A stretch of DNA of 43,037 nt from Thermoplasmata archaeon (lineage in GTDB: Archaea; Thermoplasmatota; Thermoplasmata; Lutacidiplasmatales; UBA184): assembly GCA_030037855.1 (NCBI GenBank), contig JASHPY010000082.1, forward strand, positions 1-43,037. Reading direction: 5' to 3'. The notes under the pieces were generated by a model. That model made no database searches and was not told the origin of the DNA. It was given only the letters and a program-made list of their open reading frames with translations. Made by a program: the position numbers and the translations under genes. The first letter of the stretch is position 1; each line of letters opens with the position of its first letter. Of the stretch, positions 27,060 to 36,568 are shown one piece after another.

Positions 27060-27551
27060 CTACGGCGGGAAGTCGAACGGCCATCGTTCGCGGGGCGCGC
27101 TCGCGTCCTCGGCCAGGGTGAGCACGCCGGCGACGAGCGTGAGCGCGGGTACGATGATCAACAGGAGGACGAGGTCGGTGTACCCGAGCGTGATCGTGAC
27201 CCCCGCGTTCGGGATCGACAGCTGGTACGTGGCGTCGACCAGGAACAGGTAGAGGTAGAGGATCGTCACCCCGGCGGTCCCGATCGAGAGCGGGCCATAG
27301 GCCGCCGTCGGCTTCGCGATGTACCGGGCGACGATCAGGGCGGTCAGGACGATCCCGAACAGCTCGACCGTCAGGATCGGGATCGGGCCCTGGATCCCGT
27401 GGGCGGCGAGGAACGTCAGGATCGCGACGGGGATCCCGACCAGGAAGAGCACGAGCGGGATCAGGCGGAGCGCGCCGCCGAGGATGCGCCAACCGAGGGA
27501 AGGGATCTGGTAGGTACCCGCGGGGGGACCCACGGAAGCCGGTGCGCTCAC
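27060..27551 (-). CDS. Membrane protein (about 4 TM)
   Basis: Hydrophobic helices; GTGA overlap with the upstream gene. Confidence 0.7.
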   Translation of the reverse strand: MSAPASVGPPAGTYQIPSLGWRILGGALRLIPLVLFLVGIPVAILTFLAAHGIQGPIPILTVELFGIVLTALIVARYIAKPTAAYGPLSIGTAGVTILYLYLFLVDATYQLSIPNAGVTITLGYTDLVLLLIIVPALTLVAGVLTLAEDASAPRERWPFDFPP

Positions 27552-28366
27552 GGGATCGCCTCCGACGGAAGCGGCACGGTAGTTCCACCGTCCACGAACT
27601 CCGCACTGACGTGCCCGCCGGCGGGGTCGCATCCGGCAGGAACCCCGACGTTCTCGGTCTCGTCGTACGGCGAGCCCGCCGGCACGTCGAGCGCGAACGA
27701 ACCCTGGGCGCAGTCGGCACCGGTCGGAGGCACGACCTGGAACTCGAGGGTCCCGGCGTCTGCGAAGCTCGCGTCATCGACGAATCCGATCGTCACCGGG
27801 ACCTCGGTCTGTCCGTTCGCCTCCATCGGATGCCCGACCGCGATCGAGAGGTTGTCGAACGGGGCGCCCCATGCCCGTTCGCTCTCGACCCCCACCGAGA
27901 CCGTGAACAGGTAAGCGTAGCTCGCGTTGCCCCAGAGGTTCCACTCGAGGTTCTGGTTCTCGGTGAGGAGGCTCGCCCCGCCCGCGTCGACCGGCACGAA
28001 CAGTTCGACCGGAAGGCTCGCGGTGCGTCCGGGCCCGATCGTGGCGGGTCCCGCGGTCGAGTCAACGAGGCGCACGTCGGTATCGTTCAGGACGAGAAAG
28101 TGGAGCGCGAAGTGCTGGATCGCGAAGTAGGTGGGGTTGTTCAGGCTGAAGGACGTGACGATCCCGACCGTGTCGTTCGACTCGAAGCCGACGGTCGCGC
28201 TACCCACCTGGGGGTGAGCCTTCACGATCTGGGTCGCCGAGTACGCGACGAAGCCGACGAAGACGATCAGCACGACCAGCGCGATCGTCGAGAGCCGTCG
28301 GAGCGCGCGCGCCGCTCGGTAGAGACCGGGCGGAGTGGCCGGTTTGCGATAGAACGGGCTCGCCAC
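27548..28366 (-). CDS. Membrane-anchored beta-rich exported protein (LEA_2/Ig-like)
   Basis: Single N-terminal TM; FSLNNPTYFAI strand; C-terminal Cys pair. Confidence 0.7.
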   Translation of the reverse strand: MASPFYRKPATPPGLYRAARALRRLSTIALVVLIVFVGFVAYSATQIVKAHPQVGSATVGFESNDTVGIVTSFSLNNPTYFAIQHFALHFLVLNDTDVRLVDSTAGPATIGPGRTASLPVELFVPVDAGGASLLTENQNLEWNLWGNASYAYLFTVSVGVESERAWGAPFDNLSIAVGHPMEANGQTEVPVTIGFVDDASFADAGTLEFQVVPPTGADCAQGSFALDVPAGSPYDETENVGVPAGCDPAGGHVSAEFVDGGTTVPLPSEAIP

Positions 28367-28580
28367 GGGGGCCGCCGCTCAGATTCAGGTGTACGTCGCC
28401 CTTGAATACCTGTCGCACGAGACCCAATCCAATCCCTCCGGCGCCGCACTGTGCGGTTCCATTTTGCGCGTTTCGGGTGCGAAAAACGCGCGACCGGAGC
28501 CACGACTTCCACTTTCGGCGACGGCGCGGTCGGTAGCTTTGACTCCCCGGGCGCGAGTCCCTCGGTTGGGAAGGCCGACC

Positions 28581-28865
28581 ATGGGAACAGAACGATCCTT
28601 CGGACCCGAAGCCGCGGTGCTGAGCGCTCGCCTCGCAGAGCTGAGGGCGGTACGGGTCCAAGCCGGACCCGAGTTCGCTGAGGACGGAGGGATGTGGGTC
28701 GAGGCGGCCGTGATCGCCGGACGGACCGCTAAGGAGCGGGTCCCCGTGGTCGGCCGCGGCACGCGCTGGGAACGACTGCGCGCAGCGGCCGGACTCCCGA
28801 CGCGGTCGGCGCGCGACCGGGTCTCGCTCGCGTTCCTGCCGACGACCGCGCGCGACCGTCCGTAG
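28581..28865 (+). CDS. Possible hypothetical protein (94 aa)
   Basis: ATG with GGAAGG upstream; fills an otherwise empty gap; no motif. Confidence 0.35.
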   Translation: MGTERSFGPEAAVLSARLAELRAVRVQAGPEFAEDGGMWVEAAVIAGRTAKERVPVVGRGTRWERLRAAAGLPTRSARDRVSLAFLPTTARDRP

Positions 28866-28939
28866 TCTCCCGCCTCCGTCCCGGTCCGCGGCACCCGCAG
28901 GCTTTTCCGAGCGCACCCGGTCGCTCCGGGCGGGACCTC

Positions 28940-29902
28940 GTGGACGCGGTCGACTTCGCCATCTACCGGCACCTCTCCCGGGACGGACTCTCGCGCTTCT
29001 GGGCGTCTCGACGGGTGGTCGACCCGCGCGTATCGGTGCGAGAGATCGCCGAAGCGGTAGGCCGGAGCGAGGCGGGAGTTCGGGGGCGAATGCGCGCGCT
29101 TCGCGACGCGGGCCTTCTTGGAGCGACGGAGGTCACCCTCAACCCTTCGCTCTTCGGCGCCTCGACCCTGGTCGCCGAGATCCCCGTCGAGAGCCCGCTC
29201 GAGTCCGAGGAGGTGTTCCGAGACCTCGCGGTCGCCGACGGGGTCGTGTTCGCGCGCGACGTGCTCGACGAGCAGGACCGAAAGGTGCAGGTCTACGTCG
29301 CGTCGGAGGACTCGGCCGCCGCGACCCGCCGCGTTGCGCTCCTCCGGCGCCTCAACCCGGGCCGCGCCGTCCGGGGTCCCTCCCCCTACTGGATCCCCGT
29401 CGCCACACGCGATCCCACGGAGCTCGACTGGAGACTCCTCGCGGCGTGCCGTCGCCATCCCGACGCGACGGTCGCCCGTCTCGCCTCGGAGTGCCGGGTT
29501 AGCGTGAAGACCGCGGCCCGTCGATTCGACTTGCTCGTCGACTCGCGAGCTTGTTGGTGGGGCTCCGCCCCGGAGGTGACCGAGTGGCCGTTCGCGCTGC
29601 TGCGGCTCTCCCTAGAGGAGAACGCGGACGCGGTCGAGGTTGCCTCCCAGGCCGCCGCCCGTTGCGATAGCTGGCTCCCGGTCGCGGCGGACGGGCTGGG
29701 CACGGACCCTGAGAGCACTCCGAGCACCGTCGCCGGGCTCGTACCGGCCTCGGCTCCGGCCGCGCTGGAGCACTCGGTCCGCAACGTGCTCGAGATCGAT
29801 GGCGTCGCCGACGTCCGGCGTACGTTCGGACTCCGGTCGGCGAGCTTTCCGGGGTGGAGCGACGCCCTCTTGGCACGTCGCCTACCGGCCCGTCTCCGGT
29901 GA
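28940..29902 (+). CDS. Lrp/AsnC-like regulator with duplicated HTH modules
   Basis: MDAVDFAI...SVREIAEAVGRSEAGVRGRM, and a second TELDWRLL...VARLASECRVSVKTAARRF. Confidence 0.85.
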   Translation: MDAVDFAIYRHLSRDGLSRFWASRRVVDPRVSVREIAEAVGRSEAGVRGRMRALRDAGLLGATEVTLNPSLFGASTLVAEIPVESPLESEEVFRDLAVADGVVFARDVLDEQDRKVQVYVASEDSAAATRRVALLRRLNPGRAVRGPSPYWIPVATRDPTELDWRLLAACRRHPDATVARLASECRVSVKTAARRFDLLVDSRACWWGSAPEVTEWPFALLRLSLEENADAVEVASQAAARCDSWLPVAADGLGTDPESTPSTVAGLVPASAPAALEHSVRNVLEIDGVADVRRTFGLRSASFPGWSDALLARRLPARLR

Positions 29903-29990
29903 CGGACGTCCGCGTCCGCCGCGCGGCTCCGTGTACCGCAAGACCTCTTTACGGGGGCCCGCCTCGCCCCGGGACCCATCGAGGGCTGAG

Positions 29991-30524
29991 ATGGTTTCCG
30001 AGCTGGATGCCCTCAAGTCGTGGTTCGCCTACCTCGCGGCCGCCCGTCAAGGCTACCTCGGGGCGTTCGATACGCTATCGTCCAGCGAGCTCGCCCGCGA
30101 CCGGGGTGCGTCGCACCCTTCGCTCGCCGACATCTTTGCTCACTCGCAAGGCGCGCTGTATTTTTGGATTCGAAACTGCGCACCGGATGCGTTCCCGCCC
30201 CCGGAGCCCGACCTCGGCGACCCCGCGACCCTCGCCGAGCTCAAGGCGTTCGAGGCGTACCTCCAGTCCCACGTCCAGCGGTTCGTGACCGCTCTGACGG
30301 AGACCGGGCTCGAGCGCACGGTCCCGATGACGAAGGGGCGGGCCTCGGACCACGACTGCGATCTCCCGGTTCGAGAGATACTCTGGCACCTGGTCGAGGA
30401 GGAGCTCCAGCATCTCGGGGAACTCAATGCGCTTCTCTGGCAGATCGACGTCGAGGCGCCGGTCTACAGCTGGACTCGCTGGGCGCACGACGTCGGTCGG
30501 ATCAAGGACCGTCCGGCCCCGTAG
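29991..30524 (+). CDS. DinB/YfiT family protein
   Basis: SLADIFAH; ILWHLVEEELQHLGEL. Confidence 0.85.
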   Translation: MVSELDALKSWFAYLAAARQGYLGAFDTLSSSELARDRGASHPSLADIFAHSQGALYFWIRNCAPDAFPPPEPDLGDPATLAELKAFEAYLQSHVQRFVTALTETGLERTVPMTKGRASDHDCDLPVREILWHLVEEELQHLGELNALLWQIDVEAPVYSWTRWAHDVGRIKDRPAP

Positions 30525-30531
30525 CGGCCGT

Positions 30532-30900
30532 TCACGCCGAGAGGCCCTTTCCGGAGTCCTGCACGGAGTTGCCGAACGAGGTCAGTCGCTTCACCTTGCC
30601 GTTCTCGATCTCGAAGACGTCGCAGAACTGAACCCGCCAGAAACCGCCCTCCTTCTTGGCGCCGCGAGCCGTGCCCTCCGCTACCACGACCCCGTGCTCC
30701 TCGGTCATCCGGCCGACGCGGGTCTCGTACTCCCGCATTCCCCGATTCTCGATGAACGCGGCCTTCCCGAGCGTTCGGACGCCCGTGGCGGGGACCCCTT
30801 CGGCCCACTCGATCAGCTCGACATCGTCGGCCAGCAGCCGTCGGTAGTCGGTCCCGGTACTGGCGAAGAAATCCTCGACGACCTTCTTGTTGGCACTCAT
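30532..30900 (-). CDS. SnoaL-like / NTF2-fold protein
   Basis: NKKVVEDFF, LLADDV, FCDVFEIENGKVKRLTSF. Confidence 0.85.
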   Translation of the reverse strand: MSANKKVVEDFFASTGTDYRRLLADDVELIEWAEGVPATGVRTLGKAAFIENRGMREYETRVGRMTEEHGVVVAEGTARGAKKEGGFWRVQFCDVFEIENGKVKRLTSFGNSVQDSGKGLSA

Positions 30901-30993
30901 GGCGCAAGGGGGCACCGCCGGCGAAGTAAAAAATCGGTCGGTACCGCTCGGACGACCGCTCTCGGGAGTGGCCCTCGGTCTCGGGTCGGCGAG

Positions 30994-31066
30994 AGCCACT
31001 GGAGGGATTTGAACCCCCGACCTGCTGATTACGAATCAGCTGCTCTGCCAGCTGAGCTACAGTGGC
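30994..31066 (-). tRNA. tRNA-Thr (anticodon CGT), no intron, CCA not encoded
   Basis: GCCACTGTAGCTCAGCTGGCAGAGCAGCTGATTCGTAATCAGCAGGTCGGGGGTTCAAATCCCTCCAGTGGCT folds as a full cloverleaf. Confidence 0.97.
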
Positions 31067-31093
31067 GCGGACGGCACGACCACCGGGAGCGCC

Positions 31094-32347
31094 CTATAAT
31101 GGTGCCGCTTTGGTGCCTTCTCCGAGCGCGTCGAGCGCCTCCGTGACGTCACGGACGAGGTCCGCCGGGTCTTCGATCCCGAAGGCGAGTCGTACGAGCC
31201 CGTCGTCGATCCCGGCCGCCGCCAGCTCGGCCTCGGAGGCGTGACGGTGGGAAGTAAGTCGGGGAATGCTCGCGAGGCTCTCCACGCCTCCGAGGCTCGC
31301 CGCGACGTGGACGAACCGAAGGTGCCGGAGGAACCGGTCCGCCGCCGACACGCCGCCCCGGAGCGAGAGCGCGACCACCCCGCCCCGACCGCGCATCTGC
31401 CGGGTCGCGATCGCCTCCTCGTCCGGGCTCGCCCGTCCCGGATAGTGAACGCGCGCGACCGCCGGGTGACCGGCCACCGCCGACGCGACGCGCGCCCCGT
31501 TCTCGTTCTGTCGCTCGACGCGGAGCGCGAGGGTCTTCAGGCTGCGGGCGAGCAGGAACGCGGCGAACGGGTCGAGCGCCGACCCGAAGTACGTCTTCTG
31601 ATCGATGCGCCCGACGAGCGCCTTCGCGCCGACGACCGCGCCCGCGATCAGGTCCGAGTGCCCGCCGAGGTACTTCGTCGCGCTGTGGACGACCAGGTCC
31701 GCGCCGAGGGCGAGCGGCCGCTGGTTGATCGGGCTCGCGAAGGTATTGTCGACCACGAGGAGCGCCCCGACCGCGTCCGCGGCGCGTGCCCAGCGAGCGA
31801 TGTCGTGGACCCGAAGGGTCGGGTTCGTCGGGCTCTCGAGCATCACGAGCCGGGTACGGGGATCGACCCGGCCCTCGGGGGTCTGCGCTTCGTCGTCCGA
31901 GAGCACGCGGACCCCGATTCCCATCCGCGGAAGCAGGTCGGTCAGGAGGTCCGTCGTGCCCCCGTAAAGGCCGCCCGCGGAAACGACCTTGTCGCCGGTC
32001 TGGACGAGCGAGAGCACGGTCGACGTGATCGCACCCATCCCCGAGCCGAACAGCTTCGCGGCTTCGCCCCCCTCGAGCTGCCGGATCAGTTCCGCCGGCA
32101 CGTCGGCGGTCGGGTTCTCGAAGCGGGTGTAGAGATACGCGCGGTTGAACTCGGTCGACTCCGAGTGCTCGGCGGGCCAGTGGTAGGTCGACGTCTGATA
32201 GATCGGCGGCGTGACCGCGCCGGCGTTCCAGTCGGGTCGGCGGGCGCCGTGCACGAGTCGGGTCGTCGGTCCGACCCACTCGGGGAGCGGCTCGAATCCC
32301 CGCCTCCGGGCCGGGGGCCCGGAGCCCGGCGGTTCGGGTGACGTCAC
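31094..32347 (-). CDS. Cys/Met metabolism PLP enzyme (cystathionine gamma-synthase/lyase family)
   Basis: PPIYQTST, YTRFENPT, ESPTNP, DNTF, HSATKYLGGHSD, SLGGVESL. Confidence 0.92.
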   Translation of the reverse strand: MTSPEPPGSGPPARRRGFEPLPEWVGPTTRLVHGARRPDWNAGAVTPPIYQTSTYHWPAEHSESTEFNRAYLYTRFENPTADVPAELIRQLEGGEAAKLFGSGMGAITSTVLSLVQTGDKVVSAGGLYGGTTDLLTDLLPRMGIGVRVLSDDEAQTPEGRVDPRTRLVMLESPTNPTLRVHDIARWARAADAVGALLVVDNTFASPINQRPLALGADLVVHSATKYLGGHSDLIAGAVVGAKALVGRIDQKTYFGSALDPFAAFLLARSLKTLALRVERQNENGARVASAVAGHPAVARVHYPGRASPDEEAIATRQMRGRGGVVALSLRGGVSAADRFLRHLRFVHVAASLGGVESLASIPRLTSHRHASEAELAAAGIDDGLVRLAFGIEDPADLVRDVTEALDALGEGTKAAPL

Positions 32348-32877
32348 GCTCCCGGCTCCGCGGTCGGAGAACGGTCCCGCAGGATCCCGAGCCGTGCCGG
32401 GGCGCCCAGTTCGCGCAGATAGGCCGCGACCGGCTCCGGTACGAGCGGCTCCCACCCCGCACCGCTCGCGAGGCGCGCTCGCACGACCTCGCCCTCGAAC
32501 TTCGCCCGCTCGACGAGCTTCGGGCTCTCCACGGCGTATCCCGCGTCCTCGAACAGGCGACGGGTGAGCGGGTTGTTCGTGTAGATCCGCTCGAACCGGG
32601 GGAGGAGCGACTCCACGTACCTCACCCAGAGCGCGTGGCGGTCGATGTCGGGGATCGGCAACGCGAGGACGCGCTCGACCCGCGCCCCCCCGAGGGCCCG
32701 GTGGATCATCTCGAGGCGCTCGCCGCTCGTGAACGGGTTCTTCCACGTGTACGACGCCTGGGCGCTGCCCACGCCGAGGATCAGCTCGTCATCCGGCCGT
32801 GCGGCGCGGACTTCCCGAACGATCGCGAGGTGACCCAGGTGGAACGGCTGGAACCGACCGACCAGGAGACCCCGCAC
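32344..32877 (-). CDS. nadM: Nicotinamide-nucleotide adenylyltransferase, archaeal type
   Basis: GRFQPFHLGH, GSAQ, NPFTSGER, WEPLVP. Confidence 0.92.
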   Translation of the reverse strand: MRGLLVGRFQPFHLGHLAIVREVRAARPDDELILGVGSAQASYTWKNPFTSGERLEMIHRALGGARVERVLALPIPDIDRHALWVRYVESLLPRFERIYTNNPLTRRLFEDAGYAVESPKLVERAKFEGEVVRARLASGAGWEPLVPEPVAAYLRELGAPARLGILRDRSPTAEPGA

Positions 32878-32890
32878 GGGCCCGTCGATA

Positions 32891-33127
32891 TCACTCGGGG
32901 GTCAAATCTTCCACGTCGTCCAGGAACTCGTCGATGTGCGGACAGCGCGCGGTGAGGTAATGGCGACAGTGCGAGCAGTGCGTGTCGTTCCACGCGGGCC
33001 GGAGCTGGCGGTTGAACTCGTAGCACGGGCGGTTCGTGAACCGCTCCTCGTCGGTCTCGTCCGGGTCCGCGGGGTACGTCGGCGCGGGGAGCGGCGTGTG
33101 CACCGGGCTGCGGAACGTTCCCTTCAC
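32891..33127 (-). CDS. Small Cys/His-containing hypothetical protein (78 aa)
   Basis: CYEF...[15 protein letters not shown], acidic tail; GTGA overlap with the lonB stop. Confidence 0.75.
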   Translation of the reverse strand: MKGTFRSPVHTPLPAPTYPADPDETDEERFTNRPCYEFNRQLRPAWNDTHCSHCRHYLTARCPHIDEFLDDVEDLTPE

Positions 33128-35151
33128 GACCCCGCCGGCCGCCCCGGAGGCGCGGGCGCGTTCACCGTCGGGGGCGGCGGCAGCTCGTCTCCGGATCGGC
33201 TGGTGGCGTGGACCATCGCGGCGAGGCGCTCGAGCAGCGACTCCTTCTTCGAACCCTGGCCGACCAGTGCATACTTCAGCACGTCCCGCAGGGTGCCGAC
33301 CGGGATCACCTCGATCGCGCCGCGGTATCGGGACTCGAGGACGAGGTCGTCGAGGTTGTCCTGAGGGATCAGCACCCGCTTGATGCCCGAATCCGCGGCC
33401 GCTTCGACCTTCGCGGTCACGCCGCCGACCGGGAGCACCTGGCCCCGGACCGAGAGCGAGCCGGTCATCGCCACCGACTGGTCGACCGGCACGCTCTCGA
33501 GCGCGCTGATGACGGCGGTCGCGATCGAGACCGAGGCGCTGTCGCCCTCGACCCCGTCGGACGTCCCGACGAACTGGATGTGGATGTCGTAGCGCGAGAT
33601 GTCCTCGCCCGTGTACTTCTTGATCAGCGCGCTCACGTTCTGCACGGCCTCGCGGGCGATCTCGCCGAGCTTTCCGGTCGCGACCACGACGCCGCCGTCC
33701 CGCGTCTGCGCCGGGGTCACCTCGGCGACGATCGGCAGCACGATGCCCGAGAACTCGGCCATGCCGGTCTGGGCGTTGATCGCCGCGAGCCCGTTCACGA
33801 TCCCGACGGCCGCGCCGTCGGTCGAGAACATCCGGTACTCCTTGCGGCGCTCGATGTACCGATCCGCGATCTGCTGCTCGAGCGAACGGCTCGCGCGCTT
33901 CGCGCGCACGACCTGCTCGGCGTGAACGAGCGGGACGCCCTCCGAGAGCGCGATGTCGCCGGCGACCCGGACGAGGCCCCCGAGCTCGCGAAGCCGAAGG
34001 GTCAGCTGTCCCGAGCGGCCCGAGCGGCGCTGGGCCTCCCGGACGACCTCGAGGACCGCGGCGGTGTCGAAGTGCGGGATCTTCTTGTCCTTGAGGATCT
34101 CCTGCGCGACGAACCGGACGAGCTTCATCCGGTTCTCGTTCGTGTCCGGCATCGTCGTCTTGACGTAGAGCTCGTAGCCGTACCCCCGGATCCGCGAGCG
34201 GAGCGCGGGGTGCATCGTCTGCACGCTGTCGACGTTGCCCGCCGCGACCAGGACGAAGTCGGACGGGACCGGTTCGGTCTTCACCATCGCGCCGGCCGAG
34301 CGCTCCGACTGGCCGACGATCGGGAACTTGCGCTCCTGGAGCGCGGTGAGCAGCGAGTGCTGGCTCTCGATCTTGAGCAGGTTGATCTCGTCGATGAACA
34401 GCACCCCGCCGTTCGCGCGGTGGATCGCGCCGACCTCGACCCGGTCGTGGGGGGGCGTCTCGAGCCCGCCGGACTGGAACGGGTCGTGCTTCACGTCGCC
34501 GAGGAGCGCGCCGGCGTGCGCGCCGGTGGCGTCAACGAACGGAGGGCGGTCGTCCGGCGTGTGGGAGACGAGGAGCTTCGCGACCCCGACCCCCGACTCG
34601 TTCCGACCGCCCGAGAAGCGTACGACGGCGTAGATGATGAACACGATCAGAATCCCGATCAGGAGCGCCGTGAGGTCCTTCTCTTCGATCACGATGTAGA
34701 GCGTGATCGCGAAGACCGCCAGCGCGAGCACGATGAACAGGATCGTCCGCTGCTCCTTCTTCTGCGCCGCCTCGAGCTTCTGGGCCGCGACGATCTCCTT
34801 GCCCTTCCCCGCCGGCACGACCCGGATCTTCGGCTCGTTCGAGTCTTCGTTATTCGGGTAGGCGAGGATGTCCTGGAGCTGCTCCTTCGGCAGGAAGTCG
34901 GTCATCGCCCGCGCGAGCATGCTCTTGCCCGTTCCGGGCTCGCCGATCAGCATCATGTGCCGCTTTTGGGTCGCGGCCTTGCGCGCGACCTCGACGGCCT
35001 CGTCCTGCCCGATCACCTGGTCGAGCAGGCGCGGCGGCACCTCGATCTGCGCCGTCGACTGGAACGGGAGATTGCGACCCCACTCATCGAGGTCGGCCGC
35101 GACGACCGGCTCCGGGGCTGGGTTCGACGGTGTGTCCGCGCCTTCTGCCAT
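33124..35151 (-). CDS. lonB: Membrane-anchored ATP-dependent protease LonB
   Basis: GEPGTGKS, two TM insertion, VLFIDE, GDSAS (Ser), GGVTAK (Lys). Confidence 0.97.
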   Translation of the reverse strand: MAEGADTPSNPAPEPVVAADLDEWGRNLPFQSTAQIEVPPRLLDQVIGQDEAVEVARKAATQKRHMMLIGEPGTGKSMLARAMTDFLPKEQLQDILAYPNNEDSNEPKIRVVPAGKGKEIVAAQKLEAAQKKEQRTILFIVLALAVFAITLYIVIEEKDLTALLIGILIVFIIYAVVRFSGGRNESGVGVAKLLVSHTPDDRPPFVDATGAHAGALLGDVKHDPFQSGGLETPPHDRVEVGAIHRANGGVLFIDEINLLKIESQHSLLTALQERKFPIVGQSERSAGAMVKTEPVPSDFVLVAAGNVDSVQTMHPALRSRIRGYGYELYVKTTMPDTNENRMKLVRFVAQEILKDKKIPHFDTAAVLEVVREAQRRSGRSGQLTLRLRELGGLVRVAGDIALSEGVPLVHAEQVVRAKRASRSLEQQIADRYIERRKEYRMFSTDGAAVGIVNGLAAINAQTGMAEFSGIVLPIVAEVTPAQTRDGGVVVATGKLGEIAREAVQNVSALIKKYTGEDISRYDIHIQFVGTSDGVEGDSASVSIATAVISALESVPVDQSVAMTGSLSVRGQVLPVGGVTAKVEAAADSGIKRVLIPQDNLDDLVLESRYRGAIEVIPVGTLRDVLKYALVGQGSKKESLLERLAAMVHATSRSGDELPPPPTVNAPAPPGRPAGS

Positions 35152-35209
35152 GCCGGCGCCTGGACCCGGAAGACCGGGTGGTTCGCCGACCGAACTATGC
35201 GGAGGTCTC

Positions 35210-35215
35210 TATAAA
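35210..35215 (-). promoter_or_regulatory. TATA box (TTTATA) of the lonB operon
   Basis: Canonical TTTATA about 60 nt upstream of the ATG. Confidence 0.6.
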
Positions 35216-35333
35216 TCACTTAGGGGAAACCGGGGCCACCTCGCCCCCGGAGACGGCGAAGTTTTCGGGCCGGATCGTCGGCCGTAGGTCCTTCGTTATC
35301 TATCGACCCGGGCTCCGTGGCCGGGACTCCCCT

Positions 35334-36215
35334 GTGACCGACCGCTTGGACGGAAAACCGGTCGCGGCGGCGATCGACGCTCGCACCCGGGACGCCGTCC
35401 GGGCCGGCGCGCCGCCCTCGCTCGTCAGCGTCCATCGCGGCGTCGACAGCCCGTTCCGCTTCTACCTGCGACGGCAGGCACGAGCGGCGGAGTCGGTCGG
35501 GGTCGCCTTCCGCGAAGCCGCCCTCGGGCCGACCGACGGCCCCGAAGAGCTGGTCGCCCGCCTCCGGGAGCTCGACCGGGACCCGTCGGTCCACGCGGTC
35601 CTCCTCGAGCACCCGCTCCCCGCCCCGTTCGACTTCCGCCGCGCGATCTCCGAACTGCGGCCGGAAAAGGACGTCGACGGAGTCGGGGCCGTGAACCTCG
35701 GCCGCCTGGTCTCGCAACGGCCGACCCACGTCCCCGCGGTCGCCCGAGCGGCGATCGCGATCGCCCGGCACTATCGGCTGCCGCTCGAGGGCGAGCCGGT
35801 CGCGGTGATCGGCCGGTCGGAGACCGTCGGCCTGCCGCTCGCGATCTGCCTCGCGGGGCGCGCCGAGGGGATGCACGCGACCGTGACGATCGCCCACTCG
35901 CGCACCCGGGACCTCGGGAGGTCGCTCGCCGGCGCGCGAACGATCTTCTCCTGCGTCGGGCAGCCGGGGCTGCTCGACCGTGAGGTCGTTCCCGAAGGCG
36001 CCGCGATCGTCGACGTCGGCCTCTCGAGCGTTCCGGACGCGGCGGCGAAGGGCGGTTTCCGCGCGGCCGGCGACGCCGACCCCGTGGTGCTCGACGGGTG
36101 GGCGTCCGCCCTCTCGCCCGTGCCCGGCGGGGTCGGGCCGGTGACGGTCGCGGAGCTGATGTCGAGCGCCGTACGCGCCCGGGACCTGCTCGCCCGTGGG
36201 GGAAGCTCGGGGTGA
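35334..36215 (+). CDS. folD: Methylenetetrahydrofolate dehydrogenase (FolD family)
   Basis: LDGK, PEKDVDG, VIGRSETVGLP, AHSRT, DVG, SPVPGGVGPVT. Confidence 0.92.
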   Translation: MTDRLDGKPVAAAIDARTRDAVRAGAPPSLVSVHRGVDSPFRFYLRRQARAAESVGVAFREAALGPTDGPEELVARLRELDRDPSVHAVLLEHPLPAPFDFRRAISELRPEKDVDGVGAVNLGRLVSQRPTHVPAVARAAIAIARHYRLPLEGEPVAVIGRSETVGLPLAICLAGRAEGMHATVTIAHSRTRDLGRSLAGARTIFSCVGQPGLLDREVVPEGAAIVDVGLSSVPDAAAKGGFRAAGDADPVVLDGWASALSPVPGGVGPVTVAELMSSAVRARDLLARGGSSG

Positions 36216-36568
36216 ACGCGCGCGCCGCGCCCCGCGCGATCGCGAAGCCCCTGCTTCACTGCCGCGACTGCCCGATGTGGTACGGGGCGGAGGACGGCGG
36301 CTGGGGTCCGTGCTCCATCAAGCACCGCCGGGGCGACCGGCGGTACCTCACGTGGGGAGGCCACGAGTGCGACGAAGGCTACGTCCCGCCGACCACGGCG
36401 CCGGTCTTGACGCGCGCGGACGAGTTGAGCGGATTGCGCTCGACCTCGAGGGCATCCTCGGTCGGGTACACCTCGACCTCGAACGCCGGCCAGGGCAGTC
36501 GGCGCGCGACCCGCCGGAGGCGCTCGGGACCGAGCTCGAGGCGACGGCGTTCCGCGTCCCGTCGGTAG
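36212..36568 (+). CDS. Cys-rich small protein coupled to folD
   Basis: HCRDCPMWY...WGPC...WGGHECD; GTGA overlap with the folD stop; low-complexity tail lies antisense to the next gene. Confidence 0.6.
   Translation: MNARAAPRAIAKPLLHCRDCPMWYGAEDGGWGPCSIKHRRGDRRYLTWGGHECDEGYVPPTTAPVLTRADELSGLRSTSRASSVGYTSTSNAGQGSRRATRRRRSGPSSRRRRSASRR

Noticed and set aside
28380-28930. Possible SRP RNA, RNase P RNA or replication origin in the long gap
   Set aside because: No SRP helix-8 or RNase P conserved motifs; only weak TTCCA matches to ORB boxes and no cdc6 nearby.
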